From NCBI GenBank assembly GCA_944388995.1, contig CALXKN010000008.1:17160-81159 (forward strand): DNA of 64,000 bases, written 5' to 3'. The notes beneath the pieces were generated by a model, which was not told where the DNA came from, searched no databases, and saw only the letters and a program-made list of their open reading frames with translations. Positions within the stretch are counted from its first letter, which is position 1, and every line of letters starts with the position of its first letter. This DNA is from an uncultured Spirochaetota bacterium. Lineage in GTDB: Bacteria; Spirochaetota; Spirochaetia; JAFGXN01. Positions 39,124 through 49,195 of this stretch are shown in pieces. The translations under genes were made by a program, and so were the position numbers.

Positions 39124-41058
39124 ATGCAGAAAGATTATTCGGCAAGTAATATTCAGATTTTAAAAGGTTTGGAAGCGGTCAGAAAAAGGCCTGGTATGTA
39201 CATCGGTACGACAGGCGAAGAGGGGCTTCATCATCTTGTTTATGAGATTGTCGATAACAGTATTGACGAGGCTTTAGCCGGTTACTGCGATCAAGTTGAT
39301 GTTTTCATCGAACAAGGAAATATTATAAGAGTTGAAGATAACGGACGCGGAATTCCGACAGATATTCATCCCGAAGAGGGAGTTAGCGCTCTGGAGGTGG
39401 TTTTAACTAAACTTCATGCCGGAGGAAAATTTGATAAGAATTCGTATAAAGTTTCCGGAGGTTTGCACGGCGTCGGTGTTTCTGTTGTCAACGCTCTTTC
39501 GGAATGGCTGGAAGTAACCGTTTACAGAAACGGAAAGATTTTTTATCAGCGTTATAAAAGAGGAATTCCGGAAAAGGCGGTTGCCGTCCTGGGAGAAACG
39601 GAAAGAACGGGAACGGTTGTCAGATTCAAACCGGACGGGGAAATTTTTAAGGATACGCAGATTTTCAAATTCGACATTCTTTCATCGCGTCTGCGTGAAC
39701 TTTCGTTTTTGAATAAAGGAATCAAAATCAACATTACCGATTTCAGAACTCCCGTTCCGAAAGAAAACAAATTTCTGTTTGAAGGCGGGGTAAAATCGTT
39801 TGTGTCGTTTTTAAACGAGAACAAAAAACCGCTTCAGTCGGAACCGATTTATTTTGAATCCGAAAAAGAGACCGAAAAAGGCGTTGTAAAAATTGAAGTG
39901 GCGATGGAGTACAGCGAGAGCTACAACGAGCTGATTTTGTCTTTTGTCAACAATATCAATACGCGCGAAGGCGGAACCCATCTCAGCGGGTTTAAAACGG
40001 CTTTGACAAGAGTTTTTAACGAAAAGTTAAAAACATCCAAAGTCGGTAAGCGTTCGAAGCTGACCGAACCTTTGAGCGGTGAAGATACCCGCTTCGGTTT
40101 GACGGCCGTCGTCTCGGCAAAAGTTCCCGACCCTCAGTTTGAAGGGCAGACAAAAGCCAAACTGGGAAATACCGAAATCAGAAAAATTACGGAAACAATC
40201 GTTTACGATAATCTGCTGCTGTATTTTGAGCAGAATCCCGATACGGTCGAAGTGATACTTTCAAAAGCGGTGGAATCTTCCATGGCGCGGATGGCCGCTC
40301 AGCGCGCGCGCGCGAATGTGCTTCGGAAAAACAGTCTGGAAAGCGGATCCCTTCCCGGAAAATTGGCCGACTGTTCGGAAAAAGATCCGTCGCTTTGTGA
40401 GATTTACATCGTTGAGGGAGATTCAGCAGGAGGAAGCGCCAAAGGAGGGCGTGATAGCAAACATCAGGCCATTCTTCCTCTTTGGGGAAAAATGCTGAAT
40501 GTCGAAAAAGCCAGAATCGAGCAGGTGGTAGACAACGATAAACTGAAGCCGGTGATTCAGGCTTTGGGAACAAACGTCGGAAAGCACTTTAATTTGGAAA
40601 AGTTACGGTATGACAAAGTCATCATTATGGCCGATGCCGACGTTGACGGTTCCCATATCCGTACACTGCTGCTGGCGTTTTTTTTCCGCTATATGACGCA
40701 GTTAATCGAGACCGGGCATGTTTATCTGGCAATGCCGCCGCTTTATAAAATCGAATATAAAAAAAAGCACCATTACGCATACGACGATAATGAAAAAGAC
40801 CGGATTCTGAACGAGATCGGCGTTTCGGAAGAAGAGAATTCTGTAAAAATTCAACGGTACAAAGGTCTCGGAGAGATGAATCCGGAACAACTTTGGGATA
40901 CAACGATGAATCCGGAAACAAGGCAAATGATGAAAGTGACAATGGAAGATGCCGTTGAAGCCGACAGAATTTTTACCGTTTTAATGGGAAGCGAAGTCGA
41001 GCCCAGGAAAAAATTCATTGAAGAAAACGCGTTGTCGGTCACTAATCTGGATATTTAG
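39124..41058 (+). CDS. gyrB: DNA gyrase subunit B
   Basis: LEAVRKRPGMYIG, HHLVYEIVDNSIDEA, EGDSAGG and PLxGK motifs. Length is 644 aa. Confidence 0.95.
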   Translation: MQKDYSASNIQILKGLEAVRKRPGMYIGTTGEEGLHHLVYEIVDNSIDEALAGYCDQVDVFIEQGNIIRVEDNGRGIPTDIHPEEGVSALEVVLTKLHAGGKFDKNSYKVSGGLHGVGVSVVNALSEWLEVTVYRNGKIFYQRYKRGIPEKAVAVLGETERTGTVVRFKPDGEIFKDTQIFKFDILSSRLRELSFLNKGIKINITDFRTPVPKENKFLFEGGVKSFVSFLNENKKPLQSEPIYFESEKETEKGVVKIEVAMEYSESYNELILSFVNNINTREGGTHLSGFKTALTRVFNEKLKTSKVGKRSKLTEPLSGEDTRFGLTAVVSAKVPDPQFEGQTKAKLGNTEIRKITETIVYDNLLLYFEQNPDTVEVILSKAVESSMARMAAQRARANVLRKNSLESGSLPGKLADCSEKDPSLCEIYIVEGDSAGGSAKGGRDSKHQAILPLWGKMLNVEKARIEQVVDNDKLKPVIQALGTNVGKHFNLEKLRYDKVIIMADADVDGSHIRTLLLAFFFRYMTQLIETGHVYLAMPPLYKIEYKKKHHYAYDDNEKDRILNEIGVSEEENSVKIQRYKGLGEMNPEQLWDTTMNPETRQMMKVTMEDAVEADRIFTVLMGSEVEPRKKFIEENALSVTNLDI

Positions 41059-41067
41059 GAGTCGGCC

Positions 41068-43518
41068 ATGGAAGAAACGCAGCCGGGAAATATCATTCCC
41101 GTATCCATAGAAGATGAAGTCAAACAGTCTTATCTGAATTATGCCATGTCGGTTATCGTCAGCCGCGCGTTGCCGGACGTCCGCGACGGACTGAAACCGG
41201 TTCACCGCAGAATCTTATACGCGATGAATGAACTGGGACTGGCGTCAAATAAAGAAACCAAAAAATGCGCCCGCATTGTCGGTGAAGTTTTGGGTAAGTA
41301 CCATCCGCACGGCGATCAGTCGGTTTACGACGCGTTGGTCCGTATGGCGCAATGGTTTTCGCTGAAGTATCCTCTGATTTACGGCCAGGGCAATTTCGGA
41401 AACTTGGACGGCGATTCGGCCGCCGCCATGCGGTATACCGAAGCCAAAATGGAAAAGTACGCTGAATTGATGATGACAGACATCAATAAAGATACGGTTG
41501 ACTGGATGCCGAATTATGATGAATCGACGCAGGAACCGACCGTTCTTCCTTCAGCTTTTCCGAATTTGCTTGTCAACGGATCAAACGGAATTGCTGTCGG
41601 TATGGCGACGAATATGGCTCCGCATAATATCAACGAAGTCTGCGCTGCTGTTTCCGCCTATATCCGGAATCCCGATATTACCGTTGAAGAATTGATGCAG
41701 TATATAAAAGGCCCCGATTTTCCGACCGGCGGTCTTATTTACGGTACAGAAGGAATTAAAAAAGCGTACAGAACGGGTCGCGGAAAAGTTTTGATTCGGT
41801 CAAAGTGTTCGATTGAGACAATGAAATCCGGAAGGATGTGCATTGTTGTTACCGAAATTCCTTACATGGTCAACAAAAAGTCGTTGCTGGAACGGATTGC
41901 CGATTTGGTGAAAGACAAAAAAATCGAAGATATTTCCGCTCTGCGCGATGAATCTTCCGACAGGGTTGGCGTCCGGATCGTTATTGAGTTGAAAAAAGAC
42001 GCCAATGTCAAATTGGCGCTCAATAAACTTTATCTGCTTTCCGATCTCCAGAAAAGTTTCAGTATTATCAATTTGGCTTTGGTGAAAGGCCGTCCGGAAA
42101 CATTAAATTTAAAACAGCTGATTTTTCATTATGTTGAACACCGGAAAGAAGTGGTTACCCGCAGAACGGTTTTCGATTTGAATAAAGCCAAAGCCCGCTG
42201 TCATATTCTGGAAGGGTTAAAAATTGCGCTTGCCAATATCGATGAAATCATCGCCCTTATTAAAGCGTCAAAAACGGTTGATGAGGCAAGAAAGCGCTTG
42301 ATTGAACGTTTTGCCTTTTCCGAAATTCAAGCCAACGCCATCCTCGAAATGAGACTTCAGAAACTGACCAACCTGGAAACGGAAAAAATCCTGAACGAGT
42401 TGGCGGAAATCCTGAAAATGATTGCGTATTACGAAGACTTGCTGACACATGAAGATAAACTGATGGGGGTTGTACGGTCGGAAATCGAGCAAGTTTCCGA
42501 AGCAAATCAGTCAGACCGGCAAACCGAAATTCTGCTGCAGGAAGCGGAAGAAATCGACGCCGAAGACATGATTGCCGAAGAAAACGTGGTTGTTCTGATT
42601 TCAAACAAAGGTTTTATCAAACGGCAGCCCGTTTCATCATACCGGATTCAAAACCGCGGCGGCGCCGGTTCTTCTTCGACAAAATTTCATGTTGACGATT
42701 TTCTTGAACATCTTTTTATTGCCTCAACTCATGAGTACATCGTCTTTCTGACAAACGAAGGACGGGCTTATTATCTGAAAGTTCACGAAATTCCCGAAAG
42801 CAGCAAAGCGGCTAAAGGAACGCATATCAAACAGCTGCTTTCCATTACCGCAAACGAAGAGATTTCCGCTGTAGTAGCTTTAAAGGAATTTAATGAAACT
42901 TCGTTTTTATTTATGGCAACCGGATGCGGAAATGTTAAGCGTCTGGCTACATCAGAGCTGGAAAACGCCAAAACGCGCGGAAAAATCGTAATCCGTCTGC
43001 AGCAGGGCGACCGCCTTGTCAGCGTTATTCCGACAGACGGAAAACGGGAAATGTTTCTCGTTACAAGAAGGGGGCTTGCCCTCCATTTTAAAGAGGAAGA
43101 CGTCCGCGTTATGGGAAGAACCGCCTCCGGCGTGCGCGGAATCAGATTAACCAAAGGTGATGAAGTCGTTGCCGTTCTGTCTTTTAAGGAAAACGAACAG
43201 CTTTTTCTGATTTCCGAATTTGGATTTGCAAAGAGAACTAATCTTGAAAACAGCACTTCGCACTCGCGCGGATCGAAGGGAATCATTTACTATAAAGCCG
43301 GAGAAAAGACAGGCGAACTGGTCGGCGCTCTATGCGTTTCAGAAAAAGACGAATTGGTCTGCATTACCTCTCAAGGAATGACATTAAAATTGAAAGTTGA
43401 TCAAATCCCCGTATTGGGAAGATCTGCTTCAGGCGTGCGTGCGGTTCGCGTAAAAGAACCTGATTGTCTCGTCGGAGTGGCGCGCGTTGTTAACGAAGAT
43501 GCTCCGGATGAAAAATAA
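41068..43518 (+). CDS. gyrA: DNA gyrase subunit A
   Basis: [21 protein letters not shown], the active-site AAMRYTE and C-terminal beta-pinwheel repeats. Length is 816 aa. Confidence 0.95.
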   Translation: MEETQPGNIIPVSIEDEVKQSYLNYAMSVIVSRALPDVRDGLKPVHRRILYAMNELGLASNKETKKCARIVGEVLGKYHPHGDQSVYDALVRMAQWFSLKYPLIYGQGNFGNLDGDSAAAMRYTEAKMEKYAELMMTDINKDTVDWMPNYDESTQEPTVLPSAFPNLLVNGSNGIAVGMATNMAPHNINEVCAAVSAYIRNPDITVEELMQYIKGPDFPTGGLIYGTEGIKKAYRTGRGKVLIRSKCSIETMKSGRMCIVVTEIPYMVNKKSLLERIADLVKDKKIEDISALRDESSDRVGVRIVIELKKDANVKLALNKLYLLSDLQKSFSIINLALVKGRPETLNLKQLIFHYVEHRKEVVTRRTVFDLNKAKARCHILEGLKIALANIDEIIALIKASKTVDEARKRLIERFAFSEIQANAILEMRLQKLTNLETEKILNELAEILKMIAYYEDLLTHEDKLMGVVRSEIEQVSEANQSDRQTEILLQEAEEIDAEDMIAEENVVVLISNKGFIKRQPVSSYRIQNRGGAGSSSTKFHVDDFLEHLFIASTHEYIVFLTNEGRAYYLKVHEIPESSKAAKGTHIKQLLSITANEEISAVVALKEFNETSFLFMATGCGNVKRLATSELENAKTRGKIVIRLQQGDRLVSVIPTDGKREMFLVTRRGLALHFKEEDVRVMGRTASGVRGIRLTKGDEVVAVLSFKENEQLFLISEFGFAKRTNLENSTSHSRGSKGIIYYKAGEKTGELVGALCVSEKDELVCITSQGMTLKLKVDQIPVLGRSASGVRAVRVKEPDCLVGVARVVNEDAPDEK

Positions 43519-43534
43519 TCCGCAGAACGACATC

Positions 43535-43575
43535 AGCACCCCGAAGCCGAATGGCTTCGGGGTGCTTGTTTTATT
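43535..43575 (+). terminator. rho-independent terminator after gyrA
   Basis: AGCACCCCGAAGCC-GAAT-GGCTTCGGGGTGCT is followed by TGTTTTATT. Confidence 0.75.
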
Positions 43576-43590
43576 ATAAAGACAGTACCG

Positions 43591-43614
43591 TCAATGTTCC
43601 ACGTGGAACATTGA
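43591..43614. other. parS: parS centromere-like site 1 (perfect 24-bp palindrome)
   Basis: TCAATGTTCCACGTGGAACATTGA. The 16-bp core TGTTCCACGTGGAACA is within one or two positions of the classical parS consensus TGTTNCACGTGAAACA. Confidence 0.8.
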
Positions 43615-43643
43615 GAGCTTCTTCACGGCTTTATCGATTTTTG

Positions 43644-43663
43644 AATGTTCCACGTGGAACATT
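43644..43663. other. parS: parS centromere-like site 2 (perfect 20-bp palindrome)
   Basis: AATGTTCCACGTGGAACATT has the same core as site 1. The two centres are 51 bp apart. Confidence 0.8.
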
Positions 43664-43696
43664 GACATGGATTTTTATCCGTGTTAATTATACGGT

Positions 43697-44992
43697 ATGA
43701 AACGGTGTGTTTTTCTATTTTTAACGGTTTTTACGGCGTTCGGTTCGTTTGCTGAACAAAATGGAATTCGGATTGAAATTGACGGATCCGGGGAAAAGAC
43801 CGTTGCTGTTAAAGAATCTGAAGTTGCGGGAACCTCTGCTTTTGTTTTTTCTTTTAAAAAACAAGTCGGGTTATTTGCCGATAAAGTTACCGTTGAAGAT
43901 GCAGTGAAGGGGTTTAAATTTTATTCCGAGATTCGGGAAAAGGCAAATTTATACCGCAAAGAAGAAGAAAAAATTCGCAGCGATATTCTTGAAAAAGAAA
44001 AACATTTCAAAAAGGAAGCTGATCGCTTATATGATATTTACAACAGAAAACTCGAACCTCTTGTCCGAGCATTGACCGTTTTAGAAAAAAGCCGCTCTTC
44101 CGGCGGAGAAGTCGATGTAAATTCGGTTAAACAAAAGATTATTGAGCTGGAAACGGCACGCGATGAGGAAATTGCCGGCGAGAGAAAAAAATATTTTCCC
44201 GACGGATTGCAAACGAATATTGAAGTGACGATTGAAGAAACGGTTGAGGAAAAAATTATCGAAGAGTTCCGGCTGAACCGTTCTTCGTTTTCGGGGACAC
44301 AGATGTCACTTTCCGATGTAAAGAATTCCGTTTCTCTTCAAAATGCTGTACTTTCTTTTGTTCCGGTGAAAAATCTTAAATTGATTTATGAAGACGAAAA
44401 GACGGAAACATCATCAACAGTTTTAAAAAACGCAGCGCCGGACTTTCAAGCCGTAGGATTGCGTTTAAATTTTCCGAATACAGAAAAAACGTTTCGTTTT
44501 GACTGTGAAGAATTTCTTCGTTTGCTTTCGTCTTTTTTTGATTCACAAAACACGGCGCCGGTCGAAGTTCCGAAAACGGCGGCGGCTCAACAGGTCGGTT
44601 ATGTACTGAAAGCAAGGCGCTGCCTTCCCGAGGAATTTGGTTTAAGAAAAACACGACGCATCAGCAAAGAGTTGTTTGTTCCTGTTTCATTTGAAACCAA
44701 AACAGCGAACATTTCCGTTTCAGCGGCTGAGGTCGGCGGAAAGCGTTTTGTGTTTGTTCTTCCCGAAAAACAGGAAGGGAGTTTGGCTGAACATGTTTGC
44801 CTGATTTTTGAAGAAGCCGAAGTTGTCCGTTTGATACGGCTGATTGAAGAAAAACAAAAGTCTGTCGGTACGGTTTCCGTTGATTGGGATTTTCTTTCGT
44901 TCGATTCTGATTTGAAGACGGAAGTCGAAATAACGGATAACGGAGCGATTTTTCCCGAAGAAAAAATGAAGCAGCTGTTTCGGATAAAGTAA
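43697..44992 (+). CDS. hypothetical secreted protein
   Basis: 431-aa ORF with the signal peptide MKRCVFLFLTVFTAFGSFA. No family was recognised. Confidence 0.55.
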   Translation: MKRCVFLFLTVFTAFGSFAEQNGIRIEIDGSGEKTVAVKESEVAGTSAFVFSFKKQVGLFADKVTVEDAVKGFKFYSEIREKANLYRKEEEKIRSDILEKEKHFKKEADRLYDIYNRKLEPLVRALTVLEKSRSSGGEVDVNSVKQKIIELETARDEEIAGERKKYFPDGLQTNIEVTIEETVEEKIIEEFRLNRSSFSGTQMSLSDVKNSVSLQNAVLSFVPVKNLKLIYEDEKTETSSTVLKNAAPDFQAVGLRLNFPNTEKTFRFDCEEFLRLLSSFFDSQNTAPVEVPKTAAAQQVGYVLKARRCLPEEFGLRKTRRISKELFVPVSFETKTANISVSAAEVGGKRFVFVLPEKQEGSLAEHVCLIFEEAEVVRLIRLIEEKQKSVGTVSVDWDFLSFDSDLKTEVEITDNGAIFPEEKMKQLFRIK

Positions 44993-44995
44993 ATT

Positions 44996-45021
44996 TACAA
45001 AAAAAGCGGGCCTTCGCCCGC
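44996..45021 (-). terminator. terminator for the Nfu-like gene (hairpin plus T-run on the minus strand)
   Basis: GCGGGC-CTTC-GCCCGC is preceded on the plus strand by an A-run, which is a T-run on the minus strand. Confidence 0.6.
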
Positions 45022-45038
45022 CTGTCGTTAAATCCGAA

Positions 45039-45257
45039 TTAAACCGATTCGACGCCTTCCAGTTCAGGAATATTGTCTTTTAAGTATTTTTCGATACCGT
45101 TTTTCAGAGTCATTTGAGCCATCGGACAGCCGTGACAGCTGCCTTTCAGTTTTACATAAGCGATGTTTCCTTCCATTTTAACAAATTCTACATCGCCGCC
45201 GTCGGCTTGAAGGGAAGGGCGGACATGCTCGATATATTGTTTGACTTGTTCTTCCAT
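45039..45257 (-). CDS. NifU/Nfu C-terminal-domain Fe-S cluster protein
   Basis: VRPSLQADGGDVEFV...GSCHGCPMAQMTLKNGIE is the CxxC Nfu motif. Length is 72 aa. Confidence 0.8.
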   Translation of the reverse strand: MEEQVKQYIEHVRPSLQADGGDVEFVKMEGNIAYVKLKGSCHGCPMAQMTLKNGIEKYLKDNIPELEGVESV

Positions 45258-45369
45258 AAAAATCTCCTTATTTGCAGTTTAACACTTTTTTTGTGCGGAG
45301 ACAAGAAATTTCGATTTTTTTTTGTTTTTATTGAAGAAAAAATCCTTTTTGACTATTATTATTTATAGT

Positions 45370-46131
45370 ATGAAAACAAAAATTACGGCATTTGTCAATC
45401 AAAAGGGCGGCGTCGGAAAAACGACGACAACAGTAAATCTCGGTGCGTATTTAGCCGACGCGGGGAAAAAAGTTCTTTTAATCGATTTTGATCCACAAGG
45501 AAATCTTTCTTCAAATGTCGGTATTGCCGACGTTGAGAAGGGTATTTACGAATTGCTGGCAGGGCAGGCCGATGCAAATGAATGTGTTTATGAAACGCCT
45601 GTTGACAATCTTTTTGTTTGTCCGACCGATATCAATTTGGCGGGAGGAGCTGTCGAATTGATTTCGGTTGATGATCGGGAATTTGTTTTAAAAGAAGCGA
45701 TGGATGAATGGCGCGGCGTTTACGATTATATTTTTATTGACTGTCCGCCCGCATTGGGAGTACTGACTATTAACGCGTTGACGGCAGCCGATGAGGTGAT
45801 TGTTCCGCTTCAATGTGAATATTTTGCGTTGGAAGGTTTGTCACAGTTATTGGATACGATTGAAATGGTGCGGAATACCACTAACCCGAAATTAACATTT
45901 CCTCGTATACTGTTTACAATGTACGATTCAAGAACCCTTCTTTCCCGCGACGTTGTGGATAATTTGAATCAAAACTATCCGGATCGGCTTTTTAAAACCA
46001 TCATTCCTCGGAATGTCAAGTTGGCAGAAGCGCCGTCTCATGGCGTTCCGATTAATTTATACGACAGTTTATGTCTTGGAGCAAAGAGTTACGAAAATTT
46101 GGCAAAGGAGTATATGAACGATGGCAAATGA
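45370..46131 (+). CDS. parA: chromosome partitioning ATPase ParA/Soj
   Basis: NQKGGVGKTTT is the deviant Walker A motif. The start is placed at the ATG at 45370. Confidence 0.9.
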   Translation: MKTKITAFVNQKGGVGKTTTTVNLGAYLADAGKKVLLIDFDPQGNLSSNVGIADVEKGIYELLAGQADANECVYETPVDNLFVCPTDINLAGGAVELISVDDREFVLKEAMDEWRGVYDYIFIDCPPALGVLTINALTAADEVIVPLQCEYFALEGLSQLLDTIEMVRNTTNPKLTFPRILFTMYDSRTLLSRDVVDNLNQNYPDRLFKTIIPRNVKLAEAPSHGVPINLYDSLCLGAKSYENLAKEYMNDGK

Positions 46132-47029
46132 AAATCGTCCTGCAAGAATGAAACGATCGGGATTAGGAAAAGGGATCGAAAATCTGAAACCGAAGGCAGC
46201 GGCTCCTTCCGTAAAAAAGTGGGAAGAAGAGGCGGCCCAAAACGGCGGTATTCGCGAAATTGCGCTCGATGATATTTTTGCCTATACCGATCAGCCGAGA
46301 AAATATTTTGATGAAGAGTCTTTAAACGAACTGGCCGATTCGATTCGGCAAGTCGGCGTTCTGCAGCCGATTTTGGTTATCAGTCGCGAGTCGCGGTATA
46401 TGATTGTTTCCGGAGAACGGCGTTACCGCGCCGCGGTCAAAGCCGGCTTGAAAACCATTCCGGCAGTGGAAATGTCGTTGACTGACGAAAAAGCGGATGA
46501 AATTGCGGTTATTGAAAATATTCAGCGTGAAGATTTAACTCCACTGGAAGAAGCGCGCGCTTATCAGGCGTTAATGCGCCGTTACGGTTATACGCAGGAG
46601 CAGGTTGCCGAAAAAGTCGGAAAAAAGCGTTCGACAATCACCAATGCCGTCCGTTTACTGAAATTACCTGAAGACATTTTAACCGGATTGGAAGAAAATA
46701 AAATTACAGCGGGACATGCACGGAGTTTGGCCGGGTTAAAAAAAGAATCGGAAATGCGGAAGTTTTATCAGATGATTATCTCAAAAGGTTTAAGCGTCCG
46801 CGATATTGAAAAACTTCTGGCAAAAGACGAAAAAAAGGCGGAACCGACAGCGGCCGCCGGAAAACCGTCCAAATCGGAGGATATTCTCGCCGTTGAATCG
46901 CAGTTGATGGAACGGCTGGGAACTCACGTTCTTATCAACGGAACGGAAAAACGGGGAAAAATTGTCATTGATTATTATTCGCTCGATGATTTAAATCGAT
47001 TGATCGAACTGTTGGGAGGCGGTTTTTAA
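46121..47029 (+). CDS. parB: chromosome partitioning protein ParB/Spo0J
   Basis: DQPRKYFDEESLNELADSIRQVGVLQPILV and GERRYRAA (ParB box), plus an HTH (QEQVAEKVGKKRSTITN). Confidence 0.9.
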   Translation: MANENRPARMKRSGLGKGIENLKPKAAAPSVKKWEEEAAQNGGIREIALDDIFAYTDQPRKYFDEESLNELADSIRQVGVLQPILVISRESRYMIVSGERRYRAAVKAGLKTIPAVEMSLTDEKADEIAVIENIQREDLTPLEEARAYQALMRRYGYTQEQVAEKVGKKRSTITNAVRLLKLPEDILTGLEENKITAGHARSLAGLKKESEMRKFYQMIISKGLSVRDIEKLLAKDEKKAEPTAAAGKPSKSEDILAVESQLMERLGTHVLINGTEKRGKIVIDYYSLDDLNRLIELLGGGF

Positions 47030-47046
47030 CCGCCGCGCAGAGAGTT

Positions 47047-48054
47047 TTAAAATTCCAATTCAATCAAAAGCGGGAAGTGATCCGAAACTCCGGTAAATGT
47101 TTTGGTTGAAAACGAACGCGGTTTTCCGTTCCGGTTGACCATAAAATCGTATTCCGGAATTTCGCAGCGAATTAAATTCGGTTTTTGGGTCGGATCGATA
47201 ATCGGTTCATTGACAAAAATGTGATCGATTTTTTCCCATTCGGAGCTGTAAAAATAGCTGCCTTTTTCCGGCGGCAGTTCGCTCCAAATCGAATACAAAA
47301 CATCGCCTTTTACTTCTTCTTTGTTTTCGGAAAAAACCAAACAGCGATTCCGTTCTTCTTTCGGAATACGGTGCAGGTTCTTTTTCGAAACCAGTGCTGT
47401 CGGGTAACGAAACTCCTGTTTTTTGAATTCATACAGATCTTCGTTTAAGTCGCCCGCCACAATCACCGGCAGCGGGTTATTTTGAATCAGCCGTCTCACC
47501 GTTTGAGCTGACAGTTTGCGTTTTTCTTCGGTCTCTTCATCGCCGCCGAGTTTACTCTTCCAATGGTTGAGGATGATTTCGAATTCGATTCCGCGGTATT
47601 CGAAAAAGACTTCATTAATATTGCGTAAAATACTGCGGCCGAGTTCAAGTCGGTGGGTTTTGACTTCGTTTACCGGAATGCGTGAAATCACGGCGGAGTT
47701 AATATTGGAATTTTCCTGATCCAGACAGTAATTAAAACGATACCCGCGCGTCGGTAAATAGAATCGAACAAGAGAGTCAATACAGTTTTGATTTTCGACT
47801 TCAAATAAAAGAACGATGTCGGCATCGGTTTCTCGAATCACCTCTGCCAAATTGTTCAGTTTGTTTTGAAACATTTCCGAACCCCATTGACCGGATTCGG
47901 GATTGTAATTGTGATATTCTCCGCCGTCGGCAACGTCGTCAAAAAGATTTTGAACGTTGTACGACAAAATGGAAAGCGATTCGGCCGGCACAAAACAGCT
48001 GCACGAAAGCAGAAGAACCAAAATCAAAACCGGGAAAATATTTCTTGTTTTCAT
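47047..48054 (-). CDS. endonuclease/exonuclease/phosphatase (EEP) family lipoprotein
   Basis: LSYNVQNLFD near the N-terminus and SDHFPLLIELEF at the C-terminus. The ATG at 48054 gives the lipoprotein signal MKTRNIFPVLILVLLLSC. The upstream ATGs at 48090 and 48102 overlap corA. Confidence 0.75.
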   Translation of the reverse strand: MKTRNIFPVLILVLLLSCSCFVPAESLSILSYNVQNLFDDVADGGEYHNYNPESGQWGSEMFQNKLNNLAEVIRETDADIVLLFEVENQNCIDSLVRFYLPTRGYRFNYCLDQENSNINSAVISRIPVNEVKTHRLELGRSILRNINEVFFEYRGIEFEIILNHWKSKLGGDEETEEKRKLSAQTVRRLIQNNPLPVIVAGDLNEDLYEFKKQEFRYPTALVSKKNLHRIPKEERNRCLVFSENKEEVKGDVLYSIWSELPPEKGSYFYSSEWEKIDHIFVNEPIIDPTQKPNLIRCEIPEYDFMVNRNGKPRSFSTKTFTGVSDHFPLLIELEF

Positions 48055-48092
48055 ATAAATAATAATGCGGTTTTTAAGCGAATTCTGCATTT

Positions 48093-49121
48093 TTACCACC
48101 ATTTTTTCTTTTTAAAATAAATAATCATTCCGAGTGTCACGGCAGTCATCAGCAAAAGGGCAAACGGATAGCCGAATTTCCAACGCAGCTCCGGCATATC
48201 GGTGAAATTCATCCCATAAACACCGGCAATAAATGACAACGGCATAAAAACAGTTGAAACGATAGTCAGAACCTTCATAATGCGATTGACCGATTGCGCG
48301 TTTTTCGAATCCAAAGAGTCAATTAGAAAAGAAAACGAATCGCGCAGTTTTTCGGTGAGGTTGACTGCCTGTGTGACGTTGTTTGTCAAATTAGCAAACA
48401 GTTTTTTGGTTTTTGAAGAAGCGAATGAAAATTCCGGTTGACAGATTTTGTTCAGAATAACAAGGAGAGGCATCAATGAACGGGAGAGTCGTGTCACTTG
48501 TTTCCGAAATGCGTGAAGCTTCGAAATGTCGTCAAAATCGGAGAAAAAAAGCTGTTCTTCCAAATCATCGTAGTAGTCAAGCATGCTCTTTGCCGTTTTG
48601 TACGCATTGTCAATCAAAAAATTGAGAATCGAAAAAAGTAAATAATCAGATCCGAGGGTACGTACGTTGGAAGAGGGGTCGGTTAATCTTGTTAACAAAA
48701 AGTTTAAATCGCTATTGGCTGCTTCGGAGAGCGAAATCAGCAGTCGTTTTTTCCATAAAAAAGACATTTGATTTTCTTCGATACAGTGTTCCTGCTCGTT
48801 CCAATCGACGGCGTTGAGCGTTAAAAAACAGCTGTCGTCATATTCGTCCAGTTTCGGCGGCTGAGGCACGACGGCGGCGTCTTCGAGAATCAGTTTGTTG
48901 AAGCCGAATCGTTTTCCCAATCGGTCGGTGAGTTCCCGAGAAATGCCGCTGCCGCATTCGATCCACACATTATCGGGTTCCGGCAGTTCACTGAGTTCCG
49001 GTAAGTCTATTCGGCAGGCGTATTTTTCTTTCGAGTACTGGTGATAGAGAATTTTTGCCTCGCCCCTCTCTTTGCGTTTGGAAACAGCGGCCGGCGGCTT
49101 CTGTTTTTGTAAAGAATTCAT
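48093..49121 (-). CDS. corA: CorA-family magnesium/cobalt transporter
   Basis: The YGMNF motif plus two C-terminal TM helices. Length is 342 aa. Confidence 0.85.
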   Translation of the reverse strand: MNSLQKQKPPAAVSKRKERGEAKILYHQYSKEKYACRIDLPELSELPEPDNVWIECGSGISRELTDRLGKRFGFNKLILEDAAVVPQPPKLDEYDDSCFLTLNAVDWNEQEHCIEENQMSFLWKKRLLISLSEAANSDLNFLLTRLTDPSSNVRTLGSDYLLFSILNFLIDNAYKTAKSMLDYYDDLEEQLFFSDFDDISKLHAFRKQVTRLSRSLMPLLVILNKICQPEFSFASSKTKKLFANLTNNVTQAVNLTEKLRDSFSFLIDSLDSKNAQSVNRIMKVLTIVSTVFMPLSFIAGVYGMNFTDMPELRWKFGYPFALLLMTAVTLGMIIYFKKKKWW

Positions 49122-49195
49122 AAAAAACTCCGAAATACGAAAAACCGATGGAAAAAATTTTTCCTTTTATATATTATATCGGCAAGAGGGAAAGA

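Noticed and set aside
43591-43663. The two perfect palindromes read as transcription terminators or as generic transcription-factor operators.
   Set aside because: They have no loop and no following T-run, and a proper terminator already exists at 43535..43575. The core matches the parS consensus, and parAB is adjacent.
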